Assembly: GCA_038245785.1 (NCBI GenBank)
Contig: JBBRSB010000040.1
Location: forward strand, 1 to 29,250
Source of the DNA: Gloeobacterales cyanobacterium
GTDB taxonomy: Bacteria; Cyanobacteriota; Cyanobacteriia; Gloeobacterales; PMM-0068
DNA: 29,250 nt
Direction: 5' to 3'
Shown in pieces: positions 27,212 through 29,250 of this stretch (positions are counted from its first letter, which is position 1; every line of letters starts with the position of its first letter). The notes beneath the pieces are model-generated. The model had not been told where the DNA came from. It saw only the letters and a program-made list of their open reading frames with translations, and did no database searches. The translations under genes were made by a program, and so were the position numbers.

Positions 27212-29095
27212 ATGCTCGGACAAACTGAGAAAGGGACGATATCCGTCCATACCGAAAATATCTTTCCGATCATCAAGCGGTGGCTTTACTCAGATAAGGA
27301 TATTTTTCTCCGTGAACTGATTTCCAACGCAGCCGATGCGATCAGTAAGCTCAGAATGCTGGGCTATTCAGGAGAGTTTGCAGGCAGCTCCGATGAAGGG
27401 GTTATCCAGGTCACCCTAGATAAAGAAGCCCGGACCTTGACCATTGAAGATAATGGCATTGGCATGAATGCTGATGAGGTGAAGAAATACATCACCCAGA
27501 TTGCTTTTTCCAGCGCCGAAGAGTTTATCGAGCAGTACAAGAGTTCAGAAGATGTAAACCAGCAAATCATCGGTCACTTTGGTTTGGGTTTTTATTCCTC
27601 TTTCATGGTGTCGGAACGGGTCGAGATAGAAACGCTTTCTTACCGTCCAGAGAGTGAGGCCGTACTTTGGCAATGTGACGGGACGACCAACTTTGAGATT
27701 GGCCCTTCGACCAGAACAAAACGAGGGACAGCAGTCAGACTCTTCATTGATAAAGAGAGTGAAGAATTTCTTGAAGAAGCGAAAATCAAAGAGCTTATTC
27801 GCAGCTACTGTGATTTCCTACCCATCCAGATTATGTTCAATGGGGAACAGGCCAATCGCCAGAAACCCCTATGGGTAATCTCACCCAGCTCCCTTACTGA
27901 TGAGGACTACTTAGAATTCTATCGCTACCTTTACCCTATGAATAAGGAGCCGCTGTTTTGGGTCCATCTCAATACGGATTATCCTTTTACCCTGCAGGGC
28001 ATTCTCTATTTTCCTCGCCTGCGGCCGGATTTAGACTTTACAAAAGGGCAAATAAAACTCTTCTGCAATCAAGTTTTTGTTACTAATAACTGTGAGGAAA
28101 TCATTCCTCAATTTCTGACACCGCTCCAAGGGGCGGTCGATAGTCCTGATATTCCATTGAATGTCTCACGGAGCTTCCTGCAAGCAGACCGGACCGTACG
28201 CCGCATATCTGACTATGTTGCTAAGAAGGTAGCCGACCGACTGAAAGAACTTTTTCAGCAAGAGAGAGAAAAGTATCAACAATACTGGAAAGATATTCAT
28301 CTGTTCGTGAAATATGGCGTCATGAACAATGACAAGTTCTATGAGCAGGTCAAGGATATTATCATTTTCCAATCAACAGCTTCCGAGGAATATACAACTC
28401 TTGCTGAATACCTAGAACGCAATAAAGAGCTGCTTACAGATAGTCCTCAGAAAGAGAAAAAGGTTTACTATGCCTCAGATACCAGCGCGCAGGCTAACTA
28501 CTTAGAACTGCTAAAAGCCCAAGGCGTTGAAGCCCTAGTCCTCGACTCGTTCATCGATTCTCACTTTGTGAATTTCCTAGAGCAGCACAATCCAGAAGCA
28601 CGTTTTGCCCGTGTGGACTCAGAGATTCATGAACAAACGTTGGAGCAAGATAAGGCCAACGAGTTAGTAGATGCCAAGACGAACAAGACCCGTACGGAGC
28701 AGTTGGTTGATTTGTTTAAAGCCAAACTCCATTTGCCCAAGCTCAATGTTCGAGCCGAAGCTCTAAAAACACAGACGATTCCAGCCGTTTTGCTCCTGCC
28801 TGAGTCTCTACGTCGCTTCAAAGAGATGACTGCCTTGATGCAACAGAAACAGATGGAATTTCTAGAGGACCACACGCTGGTTTTGAATACCAATCATCCA
28901 TTGATTCAGAATATCCCTCAACTAGAAGATGAAGGTCTTTCTGAACTCGTTTGTCGCCATGTCTATGACTTGGCCTTACTTTCTCAGAAAAACTTCGATG
29001 CGGAGACGATGGGCCAGTTTATCCAACGCTCTAATGAAGTGCTGACCCGTCTTTCCGGTCGGGCAGTAGGGGCGGAGATCCCCCCAACTCCTTGA
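27212..29095 (+). CDS. htpG: Hsp90 chaperone HtpG
   Basis: LYSDKDIFLRELISNAADA, IEDNGIGM, IGHFGLGFYSSF and DIPLNVSRSFLQ. Confidence 0.98.
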   Translation: MLGQTEKGTISVHTENIFPIIKRWLYSDKDIFLRELISNAADAISKLRMLGYSGEFAGSSDEGVIQVTLDKEARTLTIEDNGIGMNADEVKKYITQIAFSSAEEFIEQYKSSEDVNQQIIGHFGLGFYSSFMVSERVEIETLSYRPESEAVLWQCDGTTNFEIGPSTRTKRGTAVRLFIDKESEEFLEEAKIKELIRSYCDFLPIQIMFNGEQANRQKPLWVISPSSLTDEDYLEFYRYLYPMNKEPLFWVHLNTDYPFTLQGILYFPRLRPDLDFTKGQIKLFCNQVFVTNNCEEIIPQFLTPLQGAVDSPDIPLNVSRSFLQADRTVRRISDYVAKKVADRLKELFQQEREKYQQYWKDIHLFVKYGVMNNDKFYEQVKDIIIFQSTASEEYTTLAEYLERNKELLTDSPQKEKKVYYASDTSAQANYLELLKAQGVEALVLDSFIDSHFVNFLEQHNPEARFARVDSEIHEQTLEQDKANELVDAKTNKTRTEQLVDLFKAKLHLPKLNVRAEALKTQTIPAVLLLPESLRRFKEMTALMQQKQMEFLEDHTLVLNTNHPLIQNIPQLEDEGLSELVCRHVYDLALLSQKNFDAETMGQFIQRSNEVLTRLSGRAVGAEIPPTP

Positions 29096-29250
29096 CCCCT
29101 CAGTCTTACACCCCTTGTATGTTGAGAGTGAGCGGTAAACCGATAACCCCTTGATACTGGATATCGTGGCTGAGCCTAGGTTGCCGCTTACTCGCTCTTG
29201 AACCCGAACAGTCGCTTGGGGCCATGACCCCGTATGAGCAAGGGCGGGTC

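Noticed and set aside
2107..28893. The remaining short ORFs nested in or antisense to the long genes
   Set aside because: They overlap well-supported CDSs and show no independent coding signal.
29165..29215. TPP riboswitch suggested by GCTGAG and CTTGAACCCGAACAG
   Set aside because: The spacing is wrong and the conserved TAAT...GCG-AGGGA half is missing.

Overview
Cyanobacterial chromosome. The 16S signatures and near absence of HIP1 suggest a deep-branching, possibly Gloeobacterales-like lineage (inference). From left to right: the 5' third of a 16S rRNA gene (minus strand) with its promoter and boxA; tRNA-Phe(GAA) followed by a hairpin-dense non-coding tract; a minus-strand Wzx/Wzy-type polysaccharide cluster (flippase, polymerase-like membrane protein, GT2, GT4, exported GH39-like hydrolase, GT4); a tryptophan 2,3-dioxygenase-family gene head-to-head with a MetX-like hydrolase and a TauE/SafE transporter next to trpE; an aldo/keto reductase and an epimerase; a 3.2-kb accessory patch; a Ser/Thr kinase carrying an in-frame palindromic insertion; rsmD, a coiled-coil protein, a methyltransferase-GT2 fusion, a lipoprotein, metK and htpG. 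The accessory patch holds two toxin-antitoxin pairs, a PIN remnant and an integrase-less integron cassette array (one clear attC, attI-like sites, two disrupted cassette genes). The strongest signals beyond the ORF track are (1) a SAM-I riboswitch upstream of metK whose P2 kink-turn is replaced by a three-way junction with an extra hairpin, (2) the cassette array with back-to-back attI/dif-like sites, and (3) the 134-bp palindromic element translated inside the kinase domain. All calls were made by eye; no searches were run.
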